From Lama glama (Eukaryota), in contig CM052817.1 in the NCBI GenBank assembly GCA_028534125.1, positions 44,642,001 to 44,706,000 of the forward strand: DNA of 64,000 nt, read 5' to 3'. Both the position numbers and the translations under genes were made by a program. The notes below the pieces were generated by a model, which saw only the letters and a program-made list of their open reading frames with translations, ran no database searches and was not told the origin of the DNA. Each line of letters opens with the position of its first letter. Position 1 is the first letter of the stretch. This document shows, piece after piece, positions 13,421 through 26,295 of this stretch.

Positions 13421-15019
13421 TGGATATGTCCATTCCTGAAATGCTAATTTTAACTTATACAGCCCTCAACACTTTCCATTGGGTAATATTAAACAGTTGT
13501 CCCTTTGGGTAATGGCTGACATCCATACACACATAATCCAGAAGAGGCATATACACACAACTTCTAAATTCAAATATATAAGTTCTAATGATAATGAATT
13601 AGAAGTACACCTCAATATGTAACAAACATATGTGTTAACCCTCTTTATCCTAGTACTTAACAGATGAGGAAATTGAGGCCAGGAGACACTGAGGACAAGC
13701 TAGACTGTAAGGCCATGAGGAGGAACCTTGGGTACCAACTGCAGGGCCCCCAGCTCCATTACACCAGCCTCAATGCTGCTCAGGGAAGACGTCAAGTAAG
13801 CTGCCACACTAATGCTAGCGTTTGGTCAACTGTAGCCACATTTGTTCAACTGTAGCGACATTACTTCAGCCAAAGCACGGAGAAGACGCGGTAGAGTTAA
13901 GAGGAGGATTTTAGTTTTCCGTGCTTTGGCTTAGACGGCATCGTGACTCAGCATCAGGAAAGGGAAAAGCGGATCATGGCGCCGTATCTGGCTGCGTGGA
14001 TTTTCCTTCATTGATTTTTTTTTTTTCCCCTCCATCCCCTGCTCCAACTTGATCCTGTTTAGTGAATGAGGCCTGACGGCAATCCGAAGCCGGCACAAAG
14101 AGCTCCCTGCTGACCCGCTGTCACAGCCGCTCAGCCTAGGCTCCCGGGAACTTGGGCAGGCGGAAGAATCCTTTGTCTTCAGACTATGACAAGAGTGGAA
14201 AAAAATCCCAACTATTCGGCTGTGTAGCATCATTCAAGCATGCCTTAATGGGGAAGGTCTAATGAGGAATGCAGCCTTTGAAAAAATCGAGCTTTAAAAA
14301 CTCCCAAAGCATTCTCACTGTACAATTCTACACCATTATCATTAATAGGATTCAAACTACAAACCAGAGATTATGTTACTATTTTACCCGGTTTGATGGC
14401 CATGGGTGCTTCTTTTCTTTGCTGGTTATGTTCAAAGAGATCTGGGCCTGTTATTATCATCGGATGTGCAGGAGAAAACATCCCTATTCTTCGTGGATTC
14501 TATGGGGGTAGCAGGAATAAGAGAATAAAAGAAAAGCCAATTTTAAACTACCGAATGGAGCGCAGCTGCTCCAGGCCCCTTCCAGTCCCCGCTTCTCTCC
14601 TGCTGTTGACCTATTAATGGATTCCTGCTCTTGAGCTTAACTCAACTTTCAGAGGGGAGCTGGACCTAACTAACATCATTTTAAATAGTTTCTGAAAGTA
14701 CCCGGAGGCACTATCCAAAGACTGTGTATGGGTTTCTGGCAGGTAGAATTCACTTATAATTTTTCCTCTAGAATTTCTTCCAAAGCAATTCAAGAGCTTT
14801 CACCTCCAATGTTGTACTTCATGCATGGTTAAAATGTTTCCAATTAAAAAAGAAAGATGAAGAGCGCTAAAATACTTCAAAAGTGTATGTGTGATGGAAG
14901 ATTTGTATGTGAATTACATCTCAGTAAAACTAATTTTTTTTAAGTATATGTGTAGTTGGGAGGGAGAAAGAACGGATAAACATGATTGAATACAGAATAC
15001 TCCTGATTTTAAGAGACAC

Positions 15020-15215
15020 ATCACTGGGGGGCAGAGAATGGGAAGTTACAGCTTAATGGGTACAGTTTCAGTCTAGGAAGATGAAAAGTTCTGAAAATGG
15101 ACAGTGGTGATGGCTGCACAACAACATAAATGTACTTAATGCCACTGAATTGTACACTTAAATATGGTTAAAATGGTAAATATTATGTGTTGTGTATTTT
15201 ACCACGATAAAAAAA
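15020..15215 (+). mobile_element. L1MB-like 3' end
   Basis: TAATGGGTACAGTTTCAGT...GATGAAAAGTTCTG...AATGCCACTGAATTGTACACTTAAA. Confidence 0.8.
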
Positions 15216-15509
15216 AGTCGCCACTATTTTTAATAAACAAAAACCATTACTATAAACAAGATTACGTTTGTTTGTTGTAGAAACCTTAGAAAAGGAAATG
15301 AAAAAAAGAGGAAAATATAAATCATTTAAAATCCCACTATCTGACACAACGATTTTTAATACTTTTGTATATAAAGTGTCCCCAATTTTGTCAAAAAACA
15401 TACAAATAAATAAAACTGGGGTGGTACTAGGTATATTACTTAGCAATCTGCTTCTCCCTCATATATATATGTATCATCATTCCATGCTTACATAGCTAGA
15501 TATACAGGT

Positions 15510-16030
15510 ACAGTCAGCCTTTCATATCTCAGGATCAACCAATCATGGATCAAAAATATTTGAAAAAATGATTCCAGAAAGTTCCAAAAAGCAAAACTTG
15601 AATTTTCTGCATGCTGGCAGCTATTTGCAGAGCATTTACATTGTATCAACTATTTATATATCATTTACATTGTATTAGGTGTTACAAATAAACTAGAAGT
15701 ACTTTAAAGTATACGAGCGGTACTAGGAGGAAGGTAAAGCTCAAGTGGTAGAGCACATGCGTAGCATGCACAAGGTCCTGAGTTTAATCCCCAGTACCTC
15801 CTCTAAAAATAAATAAATAAATAGAACTAATTACCACCTCCCCCCTGAAAAAAAAAATATGAGAGGTATTAATACAAAATTGTAAATCACCTATACTTCA
15901 GTTAAAAAAACAATATAAATGGTTAACACATAAAAAAGAAAATAAAGTATAAAAGAGAATGTACCTAGGTTCTATGCAAATATAAGAAACTTGAACTTTC
16001 AAGGATTTCAGTATCCAAGGGAAGGTCTGC
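15510..16030. mobile_element. TcMar-Tigger MITE (MER2-like), interrupted by a SINE and a short L1 tail
   Basis: CAGTCAGCCTTTCATATC...TCAACCAATCATGGATCAAAAATATT...AGCATTTACATTGTATTAGG...TATGCAAATA. Confidence 0.7.
15726..15857 (+). mobile_element. tRNA-derived SINE (camelid vic-1-like)
   Basis: AGCTCAAGTGGTAGAGCACATGCGTAGCATGCACAAGGTCCTGAGTTTAATCCCCAGTACCTCC (A and B boxes), AT-rich spacer, CTAATTACC, poly(A). Confidence 0.88.
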
Positions 16031-16337
16031 ATCAGCATTTTTAGTGGCCCCATAGTTGTTAGACATTTTTAGGTTATTTCCCACTTTTTGCTCTTTTCGA
16101 TAATGAATCAGTGAACATTCTTGTACATGCATCTTGGATGATTTTCTCCTGTAGGATAAACCCAGAGTTATATAATTTCTGAGTATGCACATTTTTAAGA
16201 GTTAATACTTGGTGCCTTCCTGGAAAGACTGAACCAATTTGTATTCCCATAGAAAATGTATGGAATTACTACTACCACGTGCATGTTATTACTCTTCCTC
16301 ATCTTTGTCAGTCTTAGAGGTTTAAAAAGAAAGCTTT

Positions 16338-16700
16338 TGGTGAAATAAGTCAGACAGAGAAAGACAAATAATGTATGTTTTCACATAGAAGAGGAATCTA
16401 AAAAGTAAAACAAATGAACAAATGTAACAAAACAGAAACAGACTCACAGATACAGAGAACAAACTACTTACCAGAGGGTAGTATCGTGAGGAGACAAGCA
16501 AGATAGGTGAGGGGGATTTTTACAAACTATTAGTTGTAAAATAAATTAGCTACAAGGAGGTAATATACAGCCCAGAGAACATAGTCAATCTTTTATAATA
16601 ATTTTGTATAAAATGTAATTTATAAACATATTGAATTACTGTTTTGTGCACCTGAAATTAATATAATATTGTGAGTCAACTATACTTCTATCAAAAAAAA
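16338..16700 (+). mobile_element. L1 3' end (L1MA-like) nested in an older antisense L1 (about 16040-17060)
   Basis: GTGAAATAAGTCAGACAGAGAAAGACAAATA...ACAGACTCACAGATACAGAGAAC...GTCAACTATACTT plus A tail. Confidence 0.8.
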
Positions 16701-18515
16701 ATTCTATCTCATATAAATTTTTATTTCTTTAAATACTAGGGAGGATAAACCCTTTTCCTAGATATTCTCCGGCTCCCTGTTATTCTCTTCCTGTGTTTTG
16801 TACATTCATGTCCTTTGCCAAATTCAGCTTTTGTAGTGTTTTTTTCTTATTTTTATGTGAGAGTTCCTTTATATTAAGGATCTTACAGCTATTTATCATA
16901 TCATTCAGTTTATAGAGCTTCTTCCATATAAATATTTTCATTTTTTACATAATCAAATCTATTATCTTTTCTTTCTCTTGTAATTTTTGCTTTCAGTTAC
17001 CATGCTTTCCTTCCTCAAAATGATATAAATATCTGTATTTTATTTTAGTCCTTTTGTAAATTTAAGTGTGACATAATAAAGGCCATATATGAAAAACTTA
17101 CACCTAACATCATACTCAATGGTAAAAGACTGAAAGTTTTTTCTCTAAGATCAGGAATCAAACAAAGATGCCCATTTTCACTTCTCCTGTTCAGCATAAT
17201 ATTGGAAGTTCAAGCCAGAGCAAACAGGAAAAAAAGAAAGAAAGACAAGGCATCCAAACTGGAAATGAGGACGTAAAATTATCTCTATTTGCACATGACT
17301 TGATCTTAGATATAGAAAACCCCAAAGGGCACACACACACACACACACACAAAACTAACAAGTGAATTCATCAAACTTACCCGATACAAAATCAACATAC
17401 AAAAAATAGTTTCTATACCTAACAACAATCTGAAAAGGAATTTAAGAAAACAATTCCATTTATAACAACATCAAAAAGAAAAAATACTTAGGAATAAACT
17501 TAACCAAGGAGGCTAACAACTTGTACACTAAAAACTATAAAACACTGTTGAAAGATTAAAGAAGATATAAGTAAATAGAAAGATAGCCCATATTTGTGCA
17601 TTGGAAGACTTAATATTGTTAAAATGTCAATACTACCCAAAGAGATCTATGCATCGAATATAATCCATATCAAAATCCCAATGACATTTATTGCAGAAAT
17701 AGAAAGCTCCAACCTAAAATTCATATGGAATTCCAAGGGACCCAAAATAGCCAAAAAAATCTTTAAAAAGAACAAAATTGCAAGTCTCATACTTCTGGAT
17801 TTCAAAACTTACTACAAAGCTATAGTAATCAAAACAGTGTTGTAGTGGAAAACATATAGACCAATGGAATACAATGGACAGCCTAGAAATAAATTCTTAC
17901 ATATAAGTCAAATAATTTTCTGCAAGGGTGCCAAGGCCATTCAGTATTCAATTAAAAGACAGTCTTTTTGATATACAGTGTTGATAAAACTGGATATCCA
18001 TGTGCAAAAGTATGAAGTTGGACCCTTACTTTACACTATATACAAAAATTAACTCAAAATGGGTCAAATAATTAAATGTAAGAGCTAAAACTATAAAACT
18101 CTTAAAATAATATACAAAGGAAAATCCTCATGACATTAATTTTGGTAATATTTCTTGGCTATGACACCAGAATCATCAGCAACAAAAGAAAAAATAGTGT
18201 GCTTCATCAAAATTAAAACTTTTGTGCATCAAAGAACGCTATCAACAGAGTGAAAAGGCTACCACAGAATGGGAGAAAATATTTGCAAATCATATATCTG
18301 ATAAGCAATTAATATCCAGAAAGAACTATAAAATAACAGCAACTAAACAATCCAATTTAAAAATGAGCAAAGAACTTGAATAGGCAATTCTCCAGAGAAT
18401 GTATATAGATGGCCAAAAAGCTCATGAAAATATACTCAACATTACTACTCATTAGGGGATGCAATCAAAACTACAATGAGATACCACTTCACACCAGCTA
18501 GGTGGGCTATTATTT

Positions 18516-18595
18516 AAAAGAAGAAGGAGGAGGAAGAGGAGGAGGGAGGGGAAGAGGAAGAGGAGGAGGGAGGAGAGGAGGAAGAAAAGAAGAAC
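18516..18595. repeat. GA-rich (GGA/GAA) purine tract
   Basis: Direct reading. Confidence 0.85.
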
Positions 18596-18767
18596 AGTAG
18601 GTCTTGGCAAGGATGTGGAGAAACTGGAATCCTTTGTGCGTTACTGATGGATAATGCAACTGTGGAAAACAGTATGACAATTCCTTCAACAAACAATTAA
18701 ACATAGAACTACCATGTGATCCATCAATTCCACTTCTAGACATATATCCCCCAAAATTGGAAGAAGG

Positions 18768-19055
18768 TATAATGGCCTAATTGTTTGTGTCCCCCTAAAA
18801 TTCACATCTATGGCTGTATTTGGAGTAAGGAAGTGATTAAGGTTAAATGAGGTCATAAGGGTGGAAACCTGGTCTGATAGAATCAGTGTGCTAATAAGAA
18901 GAGAAACCAGAGGGCTCCACCCCAAACCCACCTTACCCCATCCCTTTCTGTAAGTCAGGGAGAGAGCTCTCACCAGAAACCGAATCAGCCAGAAACTTGA
19001 TCTTGGATTTCTAGCCTTCAAGAACTATGAGAAAATACATTTCTGCAGTTTAGGA
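18768..19055 (+). mobile_element. MaLR LTR (MLT1A/MST-like) nested in L1
   Basis: GTTTGTGTCCCCCTAAAATTCAC...GGTTAAATGAGGTCATAAGGGTGG...CTTGATCTTGGATTTCTAGCCTTCAAGAACTATGAG. Confidence 0.8.
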
Positions 19056-19329
19056 CAGAAAGAACTCAAGCAATATTTGTACACCTATGTTCATAGCAGC
19101 ATTATTTACAATAGCCAAAAGGTGGAAACAACCCCACACATGTCCATCAATAAATGAATGGATAAACAAACTACAGTGGAATATTACTCAGCCTTAAAAA
19201 GGGAAATTCTGACACATGCTACACCATGGATGGACCTTGAAGACATTAATGCTAAATGAAATAAGCCACAGAAGGACAAATACTGTATATATTTCCATTT
19301 TCCTTGGAGACCCATACTTTTAAATTACT

Positions 19330-19760
19330 ATAGCTTTATAATAAGCATTAATATTTACTAGAGAAATTCTTCACTCATTATTTTTACACTTTCTTTTTTT
19401 AATGGGCTATTTTTACACTTTGCTGCCAAAATATGCCTTTGGTAATTTTTGGAATTTGATAGATTAATCTGAGGAAAAACTAATATCTTGATAACATTCC
19501 ATCTTCCCATCCCAAAACATGTTACATTTCCCCATTTAGTCAGGTCTTCTTTTATGTTCCTCAGAACAGTTTGTAGCATTTATTAAAAACTGCTGCACAT
19601 TTCTAGCTAAGTTTTTATTTCTTATTACTATTGAAAATTGTACCAACCTCCTTCCCCCTACCCATTATTTTTTCTCATTGTTACTGCTTTTCTACAGGGG
19701 AGATCTTGGCTTTTTTTTTTTTTTAATTATCTTGTACCCAGTAACCTCACTAAATTATTT
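19330..19760 (-). mobile_element. Old antisense L1 ORF2 fragment
   Basis: The minus-strand ORF resembles ORF2 (LRNIKEDLTKW...GRWNVIKI..FPQ). Confidence 0.7.
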
Positions 19761-21129
19761 TCTAGTTATTCTATTATGAACTATTTTAAACATTTACTTT
19801 GTGGAGGATTTTCTTCTCAGAAGAAAATAGAAAGAAAATTGTACTTTTCTAAAGCCCTGCTGGATTGCTTATAATTCTGCTTTCACTATCATACTCCCTT
19901 ATGAGTGATTTGCCCTACCAGCAACCCCAACCAGCATCTCCTTTACTCTGTGTCAGTCAGAGGACTTTAGAGAAGACACCTGTCAATAGGAAAGTGTGGC
20001 TTCTACCATTCAAGAACACATATTGAATTAAGTCTAGTGCATGAAAGAGCTAGAGACCATGACAAAAAAAGATTGTTATTGATCAGTTAATTACGCAAAT
20101 ATCCATCATCCTTTTCCACAATGCAGCAGCCACGACACCTCAGCAGCAAGCATGTAAACATGCACTGTAGGTCCCCTGGATCTGAGAAAGGCTTGATCAG
20201 CAGATACTAGAATGGAGGACAGCGAGGAATTGTGTATACACTTGAGAAATTCTTCTCCCTCCCCCTGCCCCTGTGCCCCATGTCAGGGGTTCCCACTAGA
20301 AGTCGAAGAGGACAGCCAGCATAGATACCATGGGGCAGAGGGAGCAACTGGGCATCATCGGCGTCGGGAGGCTCCTGCTCTCAGGTGGCTCATGCTCCCC
20401 ACATGGCTTTGCAAAGATGGCCCCTGTGAAATGTTTCCTCACCCCTCACTCCAAAGTGCGCCCTTTCCTTCTTAATAACCTAACCAGTTCATCATCTTAT
20501 CCACTTCTATCACCTCTAAAGTGCTGAGACTTCACTGATTTCCATATCTCAATGAACAAAACTTCCTCAAACCTGAATTGCCAGCACCCCTACGCTTCCC
20601 TGGTGTTAACATTTTTCCTGTTGTAACGTTAAATGCCTTCTTGCCTCCAATCTACTGAAGAATGAAATTCTATCCTTTGCAATTTAGCAAAAAAATTGCC
20701 ATACTTTACATTATTTTTTTGTCCCAGGACACTGCACCCTCATTTCTCAAAATATGGGCAGAATTAACCATAGAGAGTTGAGATCCTGATATCTGACAAG
20801 GGAGGCACTCCTCCTTCAGAGAAAATCCTAGAATCCACTGCCAAAGTCCCCTGAACGTCCCATATTCTGTCTCATTTCCTAAGTTGTCTTATGAACAATT
20901 TCTTAGATTGTCCTGATTCCTAAAATAATTAGGGCTCTGTAATGTTTTTTGAGCTTCATTTTGGTCATCTTCCTCTACTACTTTAAATTTCAGTTAATTA
21001 AATCAATACCGAATACTTAACGCGGTGAGGAATAGTTCCTTTGTGATTCTTTTTTATTTTCTATCTTTCTCTTGTTTTGTTTCCTCTACTTTTTATTACC
21101 AGAATAAAAGTGGGGATTATTTCCTTTAT

Positions 21130-21705
21130 AATTCAACAATTTTTAATATAAATTTGTGCACCCATCACTGCAATGTACTTTCAGAACATGTCCATCACCT
21201 CAGAAAGAATCTTTGTGCCATCTATAGTTACTCTCCATTCCCATCCCTAGCCTTAGGTGACCATTAACCTGCTTTCTGTTTCTATAGATCTGCCTGTTCT
21301 GGACATCTCACATAAATGGAATTATATAATATGTGTTTTATTGTGTCTGGCTTCTTTAACTGAGCTCAATATTTTTAAGGTTAATCTATGTTGTTACGTG
21401 TATTAGTATTCAGTTCCTTTTTATTGCTAAATAGTACTCTGTCATACAGCTATACCATGTTTCGTTTAAGCAGTTGACAGGACTTTAGATTTTTTTCCAC
21501 TTCATGGCTATTGTGAACAATGCGGCTATGAACATCTGAGTATGTCTTTGTATAGACATATGTTTTCATTTCTCCTGGGTATATACTTAGAAGTATAATT
21601 GTTGGGTGATATGGTCACTCCATGTTTAGCATTTTAAGGAACTGCCATCTGTTTTTCCAAAGTGGCTGCACCATTTTACATTCCTACCAGCATGTATTGA
21701 AAGGT
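21130..21705 (-). mobile_element. L1MB-like 3' end
   Basis: CTATAGATCTGCCTGTTCTGGACAT...AGGAACTGCC...TTCCAAAGTGGCTGCACCATTTTACATTCCTACCAGCA. Confidence 0.85.
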
Positions 21706-23189
21706 ATATTTTTAACCTCCATGAAATGACAGCATAAATAGGACAAACCAAGGAATTTTGACCAAGAAGAATGCATCTTTTCCACTGCTTGAGAGATGGA
21801 AGGTTAGGAGATGGTTTTCTTCTGTGTGACTTTCTGAGTCTATTTCTGTTCCACAGGCTCCCTGGAGATAGAGTGGGCATATATGTGCTCAGCAACCAAT
21901 GCCATGAGAGTAAAATGAACACTGACTTGCCAAGACCTCCTTCATTATGATGAAATGCCCCTCCCTGGGCTCACACACACAAACACAAGTTTTTTAAATG
22001 CTTGTTAATTCCCACTAATACGAAGAAGAAAACACTTATCTTCTTTACCTTCTCCTTTTTTGATAGAATGTATGTTTATTGCTCTATGATTCAGAGTTCA
22101 GACTGCTATAAAAGTGCTTTAATTGAAGGAAGGAACGATGCCTTTTGCATTATTATATTCAAATAGGAACATAGAAAAGAGAAGACTAGAAGCATATTTA
22201 GTCTCTCTTGAGCTGCCAATTTCATATAGCTGGCAACATGAACTATATTACATAAAACCTATTCATTATTCTATCTATTCAAGATCAAGCTGAGGTTTAA
22301 GGCTGACTAATGGCTGTCACATGAGGCTACCGGTTGTCAATCTCCAGTGAACTCAAGCAAAAAACAAGGAAATTGGGAATGGACAACAGAGGGAGTCAAA
22401 GAATATTCATACTGTGGGGACACAGCTCCAAAAGAAAAGAAGCTTCTTGTATTGAAATTGGCGGTGGTACAAGTTATACCGGGAAACTGCCATTCAGAGT
22501 TGGAAGCATATTCTGTTATTTTGGGGTTTGGTATGGGTTGGAAATTATGTTATATTTTATTGCTTGCTAAGGTGCTGAACTTCAAGCCACTGCCAGGTTA
22601 AACTGTCACACATTTTATGCTAAAAAAAATAGTATGTTGTTCACTTTTTTTCTTGTGCTATGTTAATAGCATGAATTGAGAAAGAAAAGAAGCAATGTAA
22701 ATTAAATTCTAGAAAAGAAACAAGGCTTAGTGAGCTCCACCCCCCCCAAATCAGATATAATTTTTGCTGTCTGTTCTGCTCAGGGGGTCACATTTTCCTT
22801 AAGCACTAACCTACAGAACCTGTAGAATAAAAGAACCTATGGAACAAAAGAAAGAGTGGATCCTCCCCTCAGAGGGAAAGGGAAGTCTCTTGGTGCTGGA
22901 TTGGTAACAGAAAAAAGAAGTGAGGGTAAAAACTGTGATGCTCATCAATTCATTCAATGGAGAAGAAAGCAAAAGGTAGGCTCATGTGTGAGAGGGAGAA
23001 GATGAGGGAGAGAATGCAGAACATCATGCCTAGGAATGAATTTCTCCTTTTCTTAACACCCAAGGAAATGTTAGGTCTAAGAAACCATAGATTTCTCCAT
23101 AGCCAAGTGGAAGGAGCATAGGCTTTGGAAACAGATCTAGGTTAGATTTTAGGATCCGGCTTTCACTTGGTACGCAGTCCATAAACGGT

Positions 23190-23580
23190 GGTTATCTGGG
23201 TTTGGGTTTTCCCGGAAGCAGACTCTGCAATGAGAACTCAAATGTGAGGAGTTTCTCTGGGAAGTGAAGAAAACTGGCAGGGAAGTGGGCAAAGGAGGCA
23301 GGGAGAGGTGGGCAGTCTTATTATCAAGCCAGCTGCAACCGTGGGTCCCCTAGGAGTTAGTGGAAACTGGCACCTCAGCTAGCCCCTGCAGGGGATGAGA
23401 GCTGGGCTCTTCCTCCTCACTGTCATGGGTTGAGGGGTGCTCCCAGCGTTGCTAATCCAAGCAGAGGCAAAATAAAGTCCTTAAGCAAAGAAATGCAGAT
23501 GCTGACAGTTGGAAGTCAACCCTCTGTGCACAGCCAAGGAAGACGAGGGAATGTGGGCTGGCCGTGCCAGGGTCAGCTCC
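23190..23580. mobile_element. ERVL-class LTR fragment (LTR16/LTR33-like)
   Basis: GGGTTTTCCCGGAAGCAGACTCTG...CAGGGAAGTGGG...TTATCAAGCCAG motifs. Confidence 0.5.
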
Positions 23581-23824
23581 AGTGGTTTAAAAAGAAATAG
23601 GAACCCATTCCTCCTCTAAGTGCAGGGACCTCGTTTGCTGTTGTTTCCCCAATTCTATCATATTTTAGACACTCAATAAATAATGTGTTAACTGAATGTG
23701 TGAGTGGATGCATGAAATAACTTAACTTTCACACTGGCTCCATCATTTGTGAAAAACCTCTTTTCTCAAATCTAAAGACAAATTGCGTCCTCCAAAAAAA
23801 ATGAATAAAGAACCTAACATAGCA

Positions 23825-24035
23825 TATTACTATGTATAAAACAGATAAATAACAAGGACCTATTGTATAGCACAGGGAACTATATTCAATTTCTTGTAAT
23901 AACATATAATGGAGAAGAATCTGAAAGGAAAATATATGTACATGTATGTATATGTATAACTAAATCACTTTGCTGTACACATGAAACTAATATTGTAAAT
24001 CAACTACACTTCAATAAAAAATTTTTAAAAAATAA
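23825..24035 (+). mobile_element. Short artiodactyl/camelid-type L1 3' tail
   Basis: AACAAGGACCTATTGTATAGCACAGGGAACTATATTCAAT...GTAAATCAACTACACTTCAATAAAA. Confidence 0.85.
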
Positions 24036-24569
24036 TAACAAGTCATATTGCTATGACAAAAGCAACCCAGGAAATCTTGTTGTCTTGAAGTGAAAAATAA
24101 CCCAAGAGATCAACAGGTATAGGGTGGAGGGGAAGAATCTCCTCCCAACTAATAAGAAAAGAATATTTACTGTTTATTTGTGCATCATTACGTAAATCAC
24201 AGTGAATTTCGACAGCTGTCTTTTGGAAGGTGGTGTCCTCCTGTAGAGCCAAGAGGTGCCTCAGAAATGTCTGAGAGAGAGAAGAGAAGGTGGCTTTAAG
24301 AGTCAGCACAGTAGTAGTGTGGAGAAAGCCAGACAGCCGCATGTAAATCAGTGAAATTAGAACACTCCCTCACACCATACACAAAAATGAACTCAAAATG
24401 GCTTAAAGACCTAAATATAACACAGGACACCATCAAACTCCTAAGAGAGAAGACAGATGAAACATAAATCTCTGACATAAATTGTACCAATGTTTTATTA
24501 GATCAGTCTCCCGAGGCAATAGAAATAAAAGCAAAAATAAATAAATGGGACCTAATTAAACTTACAAGC

Positions 24570-24728
24570 TTTTTTTTTTTTGAAGAGTGATTTCTTTAGG
24601 GTTTTTTTGGAGGAGGAGGTAATTAGGTTTATTTCTTTCTTTATTATGAGAGGAGGGACCGGGGATTGAACCCAGGACCTCGTGCATGCTAAGCATGCAC
24701 TCTACCACTTGAGCTACACCCTCCCCCC
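24570..24728 (-). mobile_element. Camelid vic-1-like SINE nested in L1
   Basis: Antisense GGGGAGGGTGTAGCTCAAGTGGTAGAGTGCATGCTTAGCATGCACGAGGTCCTGGGTTCAATCCCC; TSD core CTTACAAG at 24561-24568 and 24733-24740. Confidence 0.92.
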
Positions 24729-24914
24729 TTAGCTTACAAGATTTTGCACAGCAAAGGAAACCATAAACAAAACAAAAAGACAACCTATGGACTGGGAGAA
24801 AATATTTGCAAACAATTCCAGTGACAAGAACTTAATTTCCAAAATATACAAACAGCTCATAAATAACAGAAAAACAAACAACCCAATCAAAAAATGAGCA
24901 GATGACCTAAATAG

Positions 24915-25043
<129 letters not shown>

Positions 25044-25332
25044 TAAAAAGTCCAAAGATGATAAATTCTGGAGAGGATGTGGAGAAAAGGAAACCCTCCT
25101 ACACTATAGGTGGAAATGTAAATTGGTGCAGCCACTATGGAAATCAGCATGGAGGTTCCTTAAAAAACTAAAAATAGACTTACCCTATGATCCAGCTATC
25201 CCACTCCTGGGCATACATCCAGAGAAAACTCTAATAATTCAAAAAGATACATGCATCCCAATTCATAGCAGCATTATTTACAAAAGCCAAGGCATGGAAG
25301 CAACAGATGAATGGATAAAGAAGATGAGAGAG

Positions 25333-25334
<2 letters not shown>

Positions 25335-25380
<46 letters not shown>
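25335..25380. repeat. (CA)n microsatellite, about 23 units
   Basis: Direct reading. Confidence 0.95.
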
Positions 25381-25382
<2 letters not shown>

Positions 25383-25937
25383 TGGAATACTACTCAGCCA
25401 TGAAAAAGAATGAAATAATGCCATTTGCAGCAACATAGATGGACCTAGAGATTATCATACTAAGGGAAGTAAGTCAGAGAAAGACAAATATTACATATCT
25501 CTTACATGTGGAATCTAAAATATACAAATTATTTACAAAACTGAAGCAGACTCACAGACGTAGAAAACAAATTTATGGTTACCGAAGGCGAAAGGGAGAG
25601 TTTGGGATTAGCAGATATAAACTACTATATACAAAATAGATTAACAACTAGGTCCTACTGTATAGCACAGGGAACTATATTCAATATCTTGTAATAGCCT
25701 ATAATTTAAAAGAATATATATATATATATATTTTTTAACAGTCAGCACTAAAAACCTCCCAGTTTAATTACATGTAATCAGTCCTTCCCACCATAGGTAG
25801 TCGTGTGATACATCCTCCTTCACATCCTGCACTTAAATCCAGTCCAAGGTTCTTTCCACAGCCTACAAGGTCCTATATGATCTGACCTCTGCCTATCTTT
25901 CCATTTTGCTGCCATACCACTCCCTCTCCTGCTTAAT

Positions 25938-26295
25938 GTTATATACTGAGAATGTGTCCCTCTCAAATTCATATGTTGAAACCTATTCCCCCAATGTGAT
26001 AGTATTTGAAGGTGGGGACTTTGGGTGGTGATTAGGTCATGAGGGTGGAGCCCTCATTAGCAGGATTCATGCCCTTATAGACGAGATCTCACAGAGTTCC
26101 CCTGTCCCTCCACTGTGTGAGGACACAGTGAGAAAATGTTATCTATGGACCAGGAAGTGGGCCCTCGCTGGATACTGAATCTGCCAGCGACCTGACCTTG
26201 GACTTCCCAGCCTTGAGAACTGGGAGAAATAAGTTTCTGTTGTTTATAAGCTACCCAGTCCATGGGATTCTGTTATAGCAGTCCAGACAAAGATA
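25938..26295 (+). mobile_element. MaLR solo LTR (MLT1A-like) within L2 remnants (about 25780-26620)
   Basis: AAATTCATATGTTGAAACCT...GATTAGGTCATGAGGGTGGAGCCCTCAT...TTGTTTATAAGCTACCCAGTC...TGTTATAGCAG. Confidence 0.85.

Larger units (their letters stand above)
17070..19290 (+). mobile_element. L1 ORF2 to 3' region, degenerate
   Basis: ORF2 remnants ([45 protein letters not shown]), interrupted by a purine repeat and an LTR. Confidence 0.92.
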
